DNA of 28,135 nucleotides, from IMG/VR virus record IMGVR_UViG_3300044731_001657, positions 1 to 28,135 of that record. One strand, written 5' to 3'. Below, one piece after another: positions 15,292 to 24,142 of this stretch. Both the position numbers and the translations under genes were made by a program. The notes below the pieces were generated by a model that saw only the letters and a list, made by a program, of their open reading frames with translations, searched no databases and was not told the DNA's origin. The first letter of the stretch is position 1. Each line of letters starts with the position of its first letter. Source of the stretch: a virus. Taxonomy: Duplodnaviria > Caudoviricetes.

Positions 15292-15759
15292 TTAGTTTCC
15301 GGTGCCGAAGATTGCGCTGGCGGGAGGAAGGTCGACGCGCGACGTTCCTGGGCCGCCCTGACTTGCGATATTGGCCGTATTCTTCGTGATTGCGCCGAAC
15401 ACAGGCGCATTTTGCTGCACACCAAGCCGCTGCTTCCCAAGCTGCGCGTTGGCCATCGCCGGCATCCACGATCCGAAGTTGTCGAGCATCATGCCGGCGT
15501 CGTAGTCGTCCATGTCGCCGAACATTGAGCCGTCCATGCCAAAGGTCTCTCCGGCCATGCCCATGAACTTTTTGAAGTTCTTGCCCTTGGCTTTGGTGCC
15601 CTGCATCTGCCCATAAGCCCCAGCCAAGCTAACCAAAGCCCCGCTAATGTCATTAGCCAGTTGGACCTTCGCCTGCGCATTCATCTGCGCCGAGTTGACA
15701 ATTCCCTGTCCGCGGATCGCTCCGCTCGTATCGTTAACTGTTGGATTGTAAGCAAACAT
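15292..15759 (-). CDS. Putative small internal virion protein
   Basis: MFAYNPTVNDTSG...; G/A/Q/M-rich; start chosen at ATG 15759, just after the upstream stop. Confidence 0.55.
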   Translation of the reverse strand: MFAYNPTVNDTSGAIRGQGIVNSAQMNAQAKVQLANDISGALVSLAGAYGQMQGTKAKGKNFKKFMGMAGETFGMDGSMFGDMDDYDAGMMLDNFGSWMPAMANAQLGKQRLGVQQNAPVFGAITKNTANIASQGGPGTSRVDLPPASAIFGTGN

Positions 15760-15763
15760 AGTT

Positions 15764-16054
15764 TTATTCCTCCGAGATTCCCGCCGCAGCCCGTGCCTCA
15801 AGGCACAGTTGTGATCCCGCCACAAACGCGCGGCAGGCGTTTGGTCGGTTGTTGTAAATTGAGCAAGAGACGCCGCATCCGACTTCGCCGGCCAGCGCCA
15901 CGCAGCGGTTGTTGGTCGTCTTCATCAAAGGGTAGTCGTCTCTAAGCATCCATTGCGGGATGCCAGCAGCGTCAGATCGGTCTCGTTGTAAGACTGGCCA
16001 GCTCCACTTGTGACTGCAGCATGCGCCACACCGTTGACAGTCGAATCGCTCCAT
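15764..16054 (-). CDS. YkgJ-family (CxxCxxCC) cysteine-cluster protein
   Basis: FDCQRCGACC...RCVAL...CSIYNNRPNACRAF...C; start ATG 16054. Confidence 0.85.
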   Translation of the reverse strand: MERFDCQRCGACCSHKWSWPVLQRDRSDAAGIPQWMLRDDYPLMKTTNNRCVALAGEVGCGVSCSIYNNRPNACRAFVAGSQLCLEARAAAGISEE

Positions 16055-16884
16055 GTCGGGCGGAAGCCCTGCGCGTCGCTCTGCAGGTCGATGTATGGTG
16101 CTAGATGGCTGATGTTGTTCGTCTCGCATTGATTCTTTGGGCAATAGACGGTGCCTCCGAGGTGCCGGTTCACGCAGTTCCAGCAGACAGGGTAGTAGTC
16201 GCTGTTCGCGCTCTTGTCCTTCCGGTGGCGCCACACGCCGTCCGCTTTCTCGTAGCGGGTTTCGTCGTTGGGCACGCCTTCGGCTTCCAAGTAATTCCAC
16301 ACGTCCGCATCGCTCCAGTGGCGCATGGGGTAAAATTGAGTCGGAATGCCGGCCTGCACCAAAACGTCCTGCGCAAGCGGCACATGGCCTTTGATGAGGT
16401 CCACATCGGCAGACTTTTGGCCGTGGAAGGCGGCATCCCACGGGAAGTTAAACGTGCCGGTCGGGCGCTTCAGAGCGTCCAGCCCGCACAGATAGCGTCC
16501 GCTGGCCAGCTCCTCCGGCTGCGGTTCTTCAGTGCCAAGGCAGAGTGACATGACCTTGTTCGGCGCCATTTCGTAAAACTTTACAAAGTCAAAACGCGGG
16601 CTGCCGGTTTCGATGTCGTGTCCATCGGTGAGGGCGTATCCGCTTGGAGCGTAGTCATACATCTCTAGGTCCCATTGCGCCGCCAGCCGGTCGCTGTGGA
16701 CATACCGAGTGCGGAACCGCGGTTCCCGCCACTGCACAACCGGCGTCTTGGCGCCGACCTTAAAGCGGATCATGTGCAGCATTGCTGTGCTGTCCTTGCC
16801 GCCACTCCAAAAAACGACAGGGTTGGTGCAGCCGTCCAGCCACAGCTCAACCTTACGACACGTCTCTGCGACTAGGTTTGTCAT
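15925..16884 (-). CDS. PAPS-reductase/FAD-synthetase-like PP-loop protein
   Basis: VVFWSGGKDS PP-loop, FHGQKSAD, YPMRHWSDADVWNYL; C-terminal CWNC...CPKNQC; no CysH ECG(L/I)H tail. Confidence 0.85.
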   Translation of the reverse strand: MTNLVAETCRKVELWLDGCTNPVVFWSGGKDSTAMLHMIRFKVGAKTPVVQWREPRFRTRYVHSDRLAAQWDLEMYDYAPSGYALTDGHDIETGSPRFDFVKFYEMAPNKVMSLCLGTEEPQPEELASGRYLCGLDALKRPTGTFNFPWDAAFHGQKSADVDLIKGHVPLAQDVLVQAGIPTQFYPMRHWSDADVWNYLEAEGVPNDETRYEKADGVWRHRKDKSANSDYYPVCWNCVNRHLGGTVYCPKNQCETNNISHLAPYIDLQSDAQGFRPTWSDSTVNGVAHAAVTSGAGQSYNETDLTLLASRNGCLETTTL

Positions 16885-17888
16885 TAGATGGCAATGCCCA
16901 CAACGGCCAGACCCGCCGCGGCACCAACGCCACTTCCGATCATGCCCATTGTAGCCGAGTTGTTGGCCGCGCCGGCCTGCATCCGCGCCGATTGCAGCGC
17001 TGACCGGTTGTTCATGAAACTGTTGTAGCGGCTGTCAACCATGTTTGCGTTAAAGGTTGCGGCGCCGCCGGCCAGCTCTTGCGCTCCGCGCCACGTCTGG
17101 CCCATCGCTGAAGTCAGGTTTTGTCCGATCCCGCCGCCGATACCCGCGTAGCCTAGCGCACGATATTGCGGGTCAATGTTCGCCCGCATCTGCGCGGCGC
17201 CTTGGTCAATGTTCGCGCCCTGTGCATAAGCATTAGCCGCGGATTGCTGCACCTGTGCGGCGCTGCCCAATAGTCCGGCGGCCTGACCGTAACGATTGAA
17301 CACGTTGCCGGTCACCATTTGGTTGGTGCTGGCAGCGAAGTTCCGGCGGGCGCTCTCGCGGGCCTGTGCGGCGGCGTCACGGTTGAGAATTTCTGCTGCG
17401 GCGCTTCCCATCGAAGTGCCAAGGCCGCGAGCGGCGAAGGCAGAGCGTGCCGACTGCTGGGCATCGCGAGTCTCTTCGGCAGACAGCGAGCGGCCGAGAG
17501 CAAGTTCAGCTTCGGCTTGCTGGCGTAGAGTGCGCTCAATGGCCGTCTCACCGGATTGAGCTTGGAGCGAGCGGCCAATGCCTCCGATCTCACCGGCCAT
17601 GCCGCGCATGTCGGCGCCAAGGCCACGAATGGTTGAGGCGTCACCGACAGTGCGGTTCACGCCAGCGAGCGCGTCACGGGTATATTGGTTGTCGAGGTTG
17701 GCGGCAATTTTCTGGACTGTTTCCAGTTGCAGCCGCTCTTGCTCAGGATAAGCCGCGACAGACGCCTGCACTTGCGCCGCCGCCGCTTCAGCCGCACCTT
17801 CGTTGGACGCACGCATGAGCGCGACGTAATCCAGCGGCTCCGCCTGTGGTGGCTCTGATCTTTTCTTAGATTTTTTCTTCTTTGCCAT
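16884..17888 (-). CDS. Putative DNA pilot / ejection protein
   Basis: A/Q/G-rich helical protein, QSARSAFAARGLGTS motif, hydrophobic glycine-zipper C-terminus; GAGGAG RBS. Confidence 0.65.
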   Translation of the reverse strand: MAKKKKSKKRSEPPQAEPLDYVALMRASNEGAAEAAAAQVQASVAAYPEQERLQLETVQKIAANLDNQYTRDALAGVNRTVGDASTIRGLGADMRGMAGEIGGIGRSLQAQSGETAIERTLRQQAEAELALGRSLSAEETRDAQQSARSAFAARGLGTSMGSAAAEILNRDAAAQARESARRNFAASTNQMVTGNVFNRYGQAAGLLGSAAQVQQSAANAYAQGANIDQGAAQMRANIDPQYRALGYAGIGGGIGQNLTSAMGQTWRGAQELAGGAATFNANMVDSRYNSFMNNRSALQSARMQAGAANNSATMGMIGSGVGAAAGLAVVGIAI

Positions 17889-17899
17889 AATTTCTCCTC

Positions 17900-18574
17900 T
17901 TATTCATACATGACGTTAACCGATCCGGCGTCGAAGGCGTCGGTGCCGTTGACAGTGGTGACGAGCACTTGCGTAAGCGTGTCCGACAGCGTCTTTACGC
18001 CAGCGGTTTGAGACGTGCTTGAAGTGTTGTTGTCTGTCACAATTCCATGCGCGACCCATTTGTTGCCGCCCATTGAGTTTATAATCAAGGCGCCTGTTCT
18101 ATTAGACCCTATGGTTCCGTAGCCTAGCGGAAAACCGGTTGTGAACGGACTTGTCCCGCTGACGGTTGGGCTGGCGGATTCTGTGGTCTGTATCACGCTT
18201 GAGACGTAGCCTGTCGCTTCAACGCCTCCAGCATCCCCTAGCTGAACTTGCACTCTGGTTGTGCCATTCGTGCTTACGCCGTCGAACATGACAGTGATTC
18301 GCTTCACCCATGACGGAATGCTTGAGAACGTAAAGCTGGTGCCGCTTGTGGTAGCTTGCGCGGTGCGCAGAGTGAGCGGCTGAGAAAGTTTTGCGGGTGT
18401 AACGTTGGCGTCCAAAATCTTTGCCGTGGTCACGCTGTCTGCCGAAAGATCGGCGGCCACGATGGTCCCGGCCGTCAGCGCCACGGTGGACTGCGCAAGA
18501 TCATTAAGTTTCGCCGGGGTAACAGTCTCGCCAGAGATGAAAGTTTTGATCGGAGTGATAGTCAGGGTTGCCAT
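17900..18574 (-). CDS. Tail fibre/needle-like protein
   Basis: GETVTPAKLN N-terminus, VTTAKILDANVTPAKL repeats, Thr/Ser/Gly-rich C-terminal beta domain. Confidence 0.65.
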   Translation of the reverse strand: MATLTITPIKTFISGETVTPAKLNDLAQSTVALTAGTIVAADLSADSVTTAKILDANVTPAKLSQPLTLRTAQATTSGTSFTFSSIPSWVKRITVMFDGVSTNGTTRVQVQLGDAGGVEATGYVSSVIQTTESASPTVSGTSPFTTGFPLGYGTIGSNRTGALIINSMGGNKWVAHGIVTDNNTSSTSQTAGVKTLSDTLTQVLVTTVNGTDAFDAGSVNVMYE

Positions 18575-18580
18575 AGTGTT

Positions 18581-20608
18581 TTAAGATGAATGTCGTGTTT
18601 CTGTTTGCGGCAGGCTTGCCATAGCGGCTTCAACCGAGACGTTGCGAATCTCGACGCCCGTTCCGGGGGCGCCCGTCACCGCGTCTCCGGTCGCCATCTC
18701 CATTTCGATGTAGTGCGCCTTTTTCCGAATCGGATTTTTCAGCGTGTAATCTTCAGATAGTCCGCTGGTGTTGGTTTGCCCCGGCACCAAAACAATCTCT
18801 TGGTCTGGGTTAAAAGTGTTGGCCTGCACGGAGATTTTCGCGGTGGCCGGGATGACCACATCGGCCAGCGAGCGAACGAAACGCTTGTTGTGCATGGTTC
18901 CCATGCCGTAACGCCGCGTAACAATGCGCCCCGGCACGCTCGACACGGTCGGCACAGAGGCATCGACATTCTCGTCGCCCGCTTCGACTTCGTTGAGCAG
19001 CATCAGCTTGCCGGCGCGGTTGCTAATCATCAGCCGGCGCTCGTTGGCCACATTGCTGACCAAGAAATCCCCGATGCCAAAGCCATAAATGTCCTGAGTC
19101 TCCCATTGCTCGTTGAGCTGATTGTAGATGAAGACGCCGTCCAGCGTGTCGCCGCCGGCCATCGGGACGGCGAGGTAGTAGCGGTTGTCGTGGTAGACAG
19201 CCACAGACTCCTCAATGAGGTTGGCGTTGAGCGTTTGAAGCTGGTTAGCAATCGGGTCGGAAAGCGGCAACGTCTGCCCGCGCAACTTGAGGTCAAGTTT
19301 GGCGTCAAGCCGGTAGACGCCGCTGTCAGAAAGAAAGTAAATAAATTGCCCCGCCGTGGCGATTGTCCGACGCGCCGCGCAGCCAATTTCATCGGTCAGC
19401 AAATCCAACCGGCTGACCGGAGTGTCGATGCTGAAGTCAGTGCCGTCCGTGCTGGCAAACTGATTGATCTGCGCCAACCACACCGACTTGCGGCAGAAGA
19501 CCAAGAAGCTGTTGTCCACCCAAGGATGCACCGCAACGACTAGGTCGTTGCCGCCCTTGCCTACGCGGAAGCTGGACCAAAAGGGATCGTAGAGGTCTGG
19601 GTCAAGAACGTCCGAGATCATCACGTTCTGGCGGCCGTCAGGGATGATGAGGCGATTGTTGATGTAGCTTGCCCACGGCGTTGACCGCATGCGCCGGTAG
19701 GTCGGACCTTCGGCCGGCACGCCTGCGTCTGCCCGCACAAAGTCGCTGGCGGTCTCACCATCCCAATACAGCGGCGGCTTGACTCGGCGCACCTCAATGT
19801 CTGCCGCCGCCTCGCTTAACGTCCCGCTCGGCACCGTAATAGTGAAGCGGTCACTGTCAACGATGCTCTCAACGCGGTATTCGTGACCGGCAAAGGCCGC
19901 GACCGATCCGCCCTCAATGCGCACCGTGGCGCCCGTCAGATAACCGTGGGACGCCACATGCACCGTGGCCGTGGTGCCGCTTACGGCGATGCCTTCGGCC
20001 GTTGTGAAGCTAGTGCCCCATCCCGGCTGATTCCGGTCGGCCTCGCGCAGCAGATAGAGTCGGTCGTAGGCTTGCACCATGCTGACCGCGTCAGTCGGCT
20101 CAATGGTCTCGTCGGGAGAAGACGGGTAGGAAAGTGTTGGCGGAAGCACGATCACGAACAGCTCGTCGCCCAAGTCAGTCACCAAAGAGTCTGCGTCGCT
20201 CGCGCCTAGCACGGCGCCGGCGCCGGCCGCCGATACGCTGAGGGCGCTGTCAGTAATGTAGGTGTAGGCTGCGTCAGGTCCAGCCAGCACCACCGCTTCT
20301 GTCGCAATGCTCTCTTCCTGCATCAGCATGACCGCCGAGGCAAAGATGCCGCCGCTGTAGACCGCTCGGACGACAGGTTCATTCGGCGCGGGCTTTAGGT
20401 CGAAGTCCAAGCATAACGGCGTGCCGCTCACGCTGATGTCGCTGGCCAGCCGCTTGGCGCCCTTGCGCGTCACGGCTACGCCACGGTCCAACCGCATGTT
20501 CTGCGAGAGCTGGAGCATTCCAGCGGGCAGGGAAACAGGATTGATCCGCGAGGCATAGCCCGCGAATCCCATGTCGCCGTCGCGGATGACTTGGTCAGAG
20601 AGAGGCAT
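18581..20608 (-). CDS. Tail nozzle / tubular protein B (P22 gp10 / T7 gp12-like beta-propeller) with an FCCH-like insertion
   Basis: 675 aa beta-rich; IGCAARRTI...FIYFLSDSGVY...LSDPI...RYYLAVP...YNQLNEQW blades; TATVHVASHGYLTGATVRIEG insertion. Confidence 0.7.
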   Translation of the reverse strand: MPLSDQVIRDGDMGFAGYASRINPVSLPAGMLQLSQNMRLDRGVAVTRKGAKRLASDISVSGTPLCLDFDLKPAPNEPVVRAVYSGGIFASAVMLMQEESIATEAVVLAGPDAAYTYITDSALSVSAAGAGAVLGASDADSLVTDLGDELFVIVLPPTLSYPSSPDETIEPTDAVSMVQAYDRLYLLREADRNQPGWGTSFTTAEGIAVSGTTATVHVASHGYLTGATVRIEGGSVAAFAGHEYRVESIVDSDRFTITVPSGTLSEAAADIEVRRVKPPLYWDGETASDFVRADAGVPAEGPTYRRMRSTPWASYINNRLIIPDGRQNVMISDVLDPDLYDPFWSSFRVGKGGNDLVVAVHPWVDNSFLVFCRKSVWLAQINQFASTDGTDFSIDTPVSRLDLLTDEIGCAARRTIATAGQFIYFLSDSGVYRLDAKLDLKLRGQTLPLSDPIANQLQTLNANLIEESVAVYHDNRYYLAVPMAGGDTLDGVFIYNQLNEQWETQDIYGFGIGDFLVSNVANERRLMISNRAGKLMLLNEVEAGDENVDASVPTVSSVPGRIVTRRYGMGTMHNKRFVRSLADVVIPATAKISVQANTFNPDQEIVLVPGQTNTSGLSEDYTLKNPIRKKAHYIEMEMATGDAVTGAPGTGVEIRNVSVEAAMASLPQTETRHSS

Positions 20609-20611
20609 ATA

Positions 20612-21349
20612 TTAGGCAGCAACAGCCTTAATTACCGCAAAGTTGATGTCGGGAGTGTCAGACGCCGTGCCCCCGGTTGTGCGGAAGGTGATCTCAAAAC
20701 CGCCAGATGACACGGTCGTCACGTCTAGCAGGTACCTGTTCGTGCCAGCGCGCTGGTTGACAATGACGCAGTCGTTGGGGCCGACCGTGCTGTTGTTGAC
20801 TGAGAAATTCGCCGCTGTTGCCGATCCCGCCGCCGTGAACATCGTGATGCTGCCGCACGTTTTGTTGATGGTCACAGGTGTGGTCCGACTGGTGGCCTGC
20901 GTCACCGTGCCGCCTGCACCAGTGGCATAGCCAACGCCAGACGAGCCGCTGCTGGTCACCGCTCCAGTGCTGGCCATTGAGGCAACGCTCGTTGCACCAG
21001 CGGACACGGCGCCGCACGTCAGGGCGCCGCCTGTCAGATTTAGCGGAGTGTTGCCCGCGCCTGATGCAATGAGTCCGACCTCCTGTAAGCTGTCGAGCAG
21101 GTCCGCTGTCACCGCCGGCTGATCGACCGGGGTGGCGTTCCAGAAGCCGAGGAGCTGGTTGGCGTCAGTTCCGATTCGCGTGCCAGTGCTGCTGCTGAGT
21201 GCGTTGTTTTTCTGCGCCCGCAAGCAGTCGCCCTTGAGTTGGCCGGCAGTGACCTTCTTGGTCACGCCGCTGTCGTCAATAACGAGATTGTCGCTGTCGT
21301 CCGGGGTGGCGCCGAGCGCGGTCAGTTGGTCGATTGTTTTGGTTGCCAT
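20612..21349 (-). CDS. Virion fibre/spike protein
   Basis: MATKTIDQLT...TKKVT N-terminal adaptor; GYATGAGGTVTQATSRTT...INFAVIK C-terminal domain. Confidence 0.6.
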   Translation of the reverse strand: MATKTIDQLTALGATPDDSDNLVIDDSGVTKKVTAGQLKGDCLRAQKNNALSSSTGTRIGTDANQLLGFWNATPVDQPAVTADLLDSLQEVGLIASGAGNTPLNLTGGALTCGAVSAGATSVASMASTGAVTSSGSSGVGYATGAGGTVTQATSRTTPVTINKTCGSITMFTAAGSATAANFSVNNSTVGPNDCVIVNQRAGTNRYLLDVTTVSSGGFEITFRTTGGTASDTPDINFAVIKAVAA

Positions 21350-21354
21350 AAGAT

Positions 21355-21900
21355 TTAATCGTTGTTGACTAGAACGTAGCTGAGAGTTTTGGCGTTGTTG
21401 CGTTTGAGTTCGGACTCAGTGAGGGCGATGAAGGCGTCCCACTGTTGAGGCGGGATCGTCTGGCAGCCCTCCGAGCTGGTTGTCGTGCGGCCGCCTTTGT
21501 GAATGTTAATGGCGAAGTGTCCGGTCTCTTCCTTGTCGCCACGCATGACCGTCACTGGACCAGCCTGCACTAACGCCTTGTAGGGATTGCCGCGACTGAT
21601 GCCGTGCTGCCCTATTTTGTAGCGATAGACACCGGCCTTGAGCTGGGCCATGGGCTTGCGGGCGTTGGCGTTCCAGCCGAGGCGGGACGGATCAACGTTG
21701 GCGTTCCAAGCAACGTGCGCGTTGGGCGAAACAAGGATGATAGCATCATCATACAAGCCAACGTCATTGCCCTTGGCGCCCATCGTGTTGCTGTAGTAGC
21801 CACGAATGCCGACCAAGCACACCGGATCGCTGACACCAGCGGACTTTAACTGCCGCTCGGTGTCTTGCCGTTGCTGCTGTGGCCGGTCTTTTGGAATCAT
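21355..21900 (-). CDS. Putative endolysin with an L,D-transpeptidase (YkuD)-like catalytic motif
   Basis: INIHKGG...SSEGCQTI (H...SxGC) and LVGIRGY; follows a cluster of small membrane genes. Confidence 0.7.
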   Translation of the reverse strand: MIPKDRPQQQRQDTERQLKSAGVSDPVCLVGIRGYYSNTMGAKGNDVGLYDDAIILVSPNAHVAWNANVDPSRLGWNANARKPMAQLKAGVYRYKIGQHGISRGNPYKALVQAGPVTVMRGDKEETGHFAINIHKGGRTTTSSEGCQTIPPQQWDAFIALTESELKRNNAKTLSYVLVNND

Positions 21901-22244
21901 CGCGTCTTCAGTTCAGCACCGGCCAGATCAACGGTCTTGGGGCCAACAAAGCCGTCCACCGCGAGCTGGGTGCTCTGGCTGTAGGCATTGAGCATCTTTT
22001 GTAGCTGTGTGCCGTAGTCTTTAAGTATGTTCGCTGGTAGCTTGGTCACAGCGATGTCAATGACCGCCCAGATAATCCCGGCGAGGACGGCTTCATTCAG
22101 GCCGAGGGCCGCGACATTAAGGCCCAGCTTTTGCGAGACGTAGGTAATTGCCGCTGCGGCCAGCGCCGTGACGGCTTTTTGGACGATGGGGCCGCCGCGA
22201 CTAAGCAGCAGTTTGACTAATTGTTTTTCGATAAAAGATTTCAT
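21897..22244 (-). CDS. Membrane protein with a C-terminal peptidoglycan-binding-like motif
   Basis: Two hydrophobic segments, then LQKMLN...LAVDGFVGPKT; ATGA-coupled start at 22244. Confidence 0.7.
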   Translation of the reverse strand: MKSFIEKQLVKLLLSRGGPIVQKAVTALAAAAITYVSQKLGLNVAALGLNEAVLAGIIWAVIDIAVTKLPANILKDYGTQLQKMLNAYSQSTQLAVDGFVGPKTVDLAGAELKTR

Positions 22245-22438
22245 TCGGGTTTTCTCCATTCCTTGTAGCTGTCGATTAGATTGCCCACGTTCGGGACGTA
22301 AGTGACCATGACTTTGATGCTGCCCCAGTCGCCCGGTTCCGCGCTGGCCGTCTTGACCGGCGGCAGCGGTATGCTCACGCAGCCACCAAGCAACAGCGTG
22401 GCGGCCAGCGTAAGCGCAAAACTCGGGCGGCACGTCAT
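22241..22438 (-). CDS. Small lipoprotein (o-spanin-like candidate)
   Basis: FALTLAATLLLGGC lipobox followed by Pro-rich VSIPLPP; within the lysis cluster. Confidence 0.65.
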   Translation of the reverse strand: MTCRPSFALTLAATLLLGGCVSIPLPPVKTASAEPGDWGSIKVMVTYVPNVGNLIDSYKEWRKPE

Positions 22439-22611
22439 TAGAGGCGGGCGTTGTTGTCCTTGGCCTGCACCAAGCCCCAGCCGGCAAGGATCGAAGTGAC
22501 GATCAGCCCTAGGTCAGGCAGTGCGTCAGTGGCGAGGTATTCTTTGGCGCCGGTGGCGACGGCAATGATGATCGTCAGCACGCCGATGGTCGTAGTTTTC
22601 CAGTTACGCAT
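22438..22611 (-). CDS. Holin-like protein (2 TM)
   Basis: MRNWKTTTIGVLTII...LGLIVTSILAGWGLVQAKD. Confidence 0.65.
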   Translation of the reverse strand: MRNWKTTTIGVLTIIIAVATGAKEYLATDALPDLGLIVTSILAGWGLVQAKDNNARL

Positions 22612-22612
22612 A

Positions 22613-22813
22613 TTATTTTTGCTTCTTCTTTTTGAGGTCGTGAAGGACCGAAAGTAATGTGACAACGCCGACCGCGAGGCCGACACAAAGACCGGCGACT
22701 CGGAGGTAGACCTCAAGCTGCGAGACCATAGAGACGGCCGCCGAGCCGAGGCTGGCAAATGTCCCCAGCACTCCGCGCTCAACCGTGCTCATGTGGCTAT
22801 GCAGCAGGCTCAT
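22613..22813 (-). CDS. Holin-like membrane protein
   Basis: Two hydrophobic stretches and a basic KKKKQK tail. Confidence 0.6.
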   Translation of the reverse strand: MSLLHSHMSTVERGVLGTFASLGSAAVSMVSQLEVYLRVAGLCVGLAVGVVTLLSVLHDLKKKKQK

Positions 22814-22815
22814 GG

Positions 22816-23073
22816 CTATTTGCGGTAGGCAATGACTGTGCCCGAGTGCAGCTTGATCGCACTGAAGAAGCCGTCGATGGTCGTGCCAGCCTTGATCGTG
22901 TGCGCGGAGCCTGACGAGGCATTGGCAGCTCCCGTGAGGTTGCCGGTGAGGACTTCAAACTTAGTGTCGGTCATCACGTCGATAGAGACGAAGTCGGCGC
23001 TGACTTGGGTTGTGTCGGCGATGCTGACGGCGCCGGACGTGCGGTTCGTGATGCGTGAATTAGGGAATCCCAT
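22816..23073 (-). CDS. Small beta-rich virion protein
   Basis: 85 aa ending GFFSAIKLHSGTVIAYRK; within the structural operon. Confidence 0.55.
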   Translation of the reverse strand: MGFPNSRITNRTSGAVSIADTTQVSADFVSIDVMTDTKFEVLTGNLTGAANASSGSAHTIKAGTTIDGFFSAIKLHSGTVIAYRK

Positions 23074-23085
23074 AGTGTTGGTTAG

Positions 23086-23703
23086 TTAGTATTGGTTGAC
23101 GCGAGCCGTCCATGTGGATGGCTGGCCCTGCTGGAAATAGTATTTGTCGCGCTGGGAGATCAGCTCGGACTCTGCGAGCTGTTCCATGGCGAGTGCTTTG
23201 TCGGTCTGTCCGTCCTCTTGGAGCAAATCTGCACTCAGCATCAGGCCGACTGCTTTTGCGATGACGCTAGGAACTGTCGCGGAGAGGTTGCTCGCGCTGT
23301 ATTCGGTCGGGCGGATGCGGAAGTTGACGTAGACGGTGGTCGGCAGGTCGGTGCTTTGCGGGAAACGGACGTTGTCGCCAAGGAGCGTGTAGCCGATGGC
23401 GCGGGGTGAAACGTGTGTCGCGGGGTTGTCGCGGAGGACACCAAACACTTCGCCCATGGCGGTCTGGCCGCTCTGCTCGTAGGGAATGAAGTAGCCGGTC
23501 GTGTCGTTGCCCTCGACGGTGCGTTCCTCGACGCGCATAAGCTCTGGCCAGTCAGCCCACTCCCAGCAGTCGCTGATGCGCTCGTTGGCGGCGGCGACCA
23601 TCATGGTGCGGGCGCCGGAAGGGATGGCGTCGATGGTGGACGCATCGTTGCCGACACGCTGCCATGCGCGGAGCAAGATAGATTGGAGAGTTACTGTGCG
23701 CAT
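23086..23703 (-). CDS. Head-tail adaptor / tail tubular protein A-like
   Basis: 205 aa; helical N- and C-termini around a beta core, ANERI...W...WPEL; lies between the portal and nozzle genes. Confidence 0.6.
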   Translation of the reverse strand: MRTVTLQSILLRAWQRVGNDASTIDAIPSGARTMMVAAANERISDCWEWADWPELMRVEERTVEGNDTTGYFIPYEQSGQTAMGEVFGVLRDNPATHVSPRAIGYTLLGDNVRFPQSTDLPTTVYVNFRIRPTEYSASNLSATVPSVIAKAVGLMLSADLLQEDGQTDKALAMEQLAESELISQRDKYYFQQGQPSTWTARVNQY

Positions 23704-24140
23704 TAGCTGTTGAGTGCGTTCATGGCCGACTGCACGGCGGCTTCAAAGGTGACGCTGGGATTCGGCCACGATGCTTGCGGCGCCGGATTGGCGGCGAACA
23801 TGGTGAGGATTGTTTGCAAGTAGGCTTCGACGGCGTCCAGCTCGGCGCAGGTTTTGCCTGCGGCGGCGAGGGACTGGCGCAGATACAAAAGCGTAGGCTG
23901 GCGGTTGCCGCCGAGGCCGACTGCATCGAGGTGTTCTTCGGCGGTGACGCTGGGCGGCGGCGTGGCGATAAGCGTGCGGCTGGCGGCGTCCCAGATAAGA
24001 GTGCCGTTTTGCAAGCCTTCGCCTTGCGCGTCAGTGAGCGGGAGCGCGGTGATGCCTGCGGGGAGCGGATCGGCGATGACGGTGCCGATGCTGACGCTTT
24101 GGCCGCTTTCGGTGTTATAGAGGAGGTGCCAGTTGTTCAT
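23703..24140 (-). CDS. Possible tail-fibre assembly chaperone
   Basis: Follows the fibre gene; beta N-terminus ending WDAASRTLIATPPP and a helical C-terminus. Confidence 0.45.
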   Translation of the reverse strand: MNNWHLLYNTESGQSVSIGTVIADPLPAGITALPLTDAQGEGLQNGTLIWDAASRTLIATPPPSVTAEEHLDAVGLGGNRQPTLLYLRQSLAAAGKTCAELDAVEAYLQTILTMFAANPAPQASWPNPSVTFEAAVQSAMNALNS

Positions 24141-24142
24141 GG

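Noticed and set aside
15925-16884. cysH auxiliary metabolic gene or Dnd phosphorothioation system
   Set aside because: Lacks the CysH catalytic C-terminal motif, and no other cys or dnd genes were recognised in the window.
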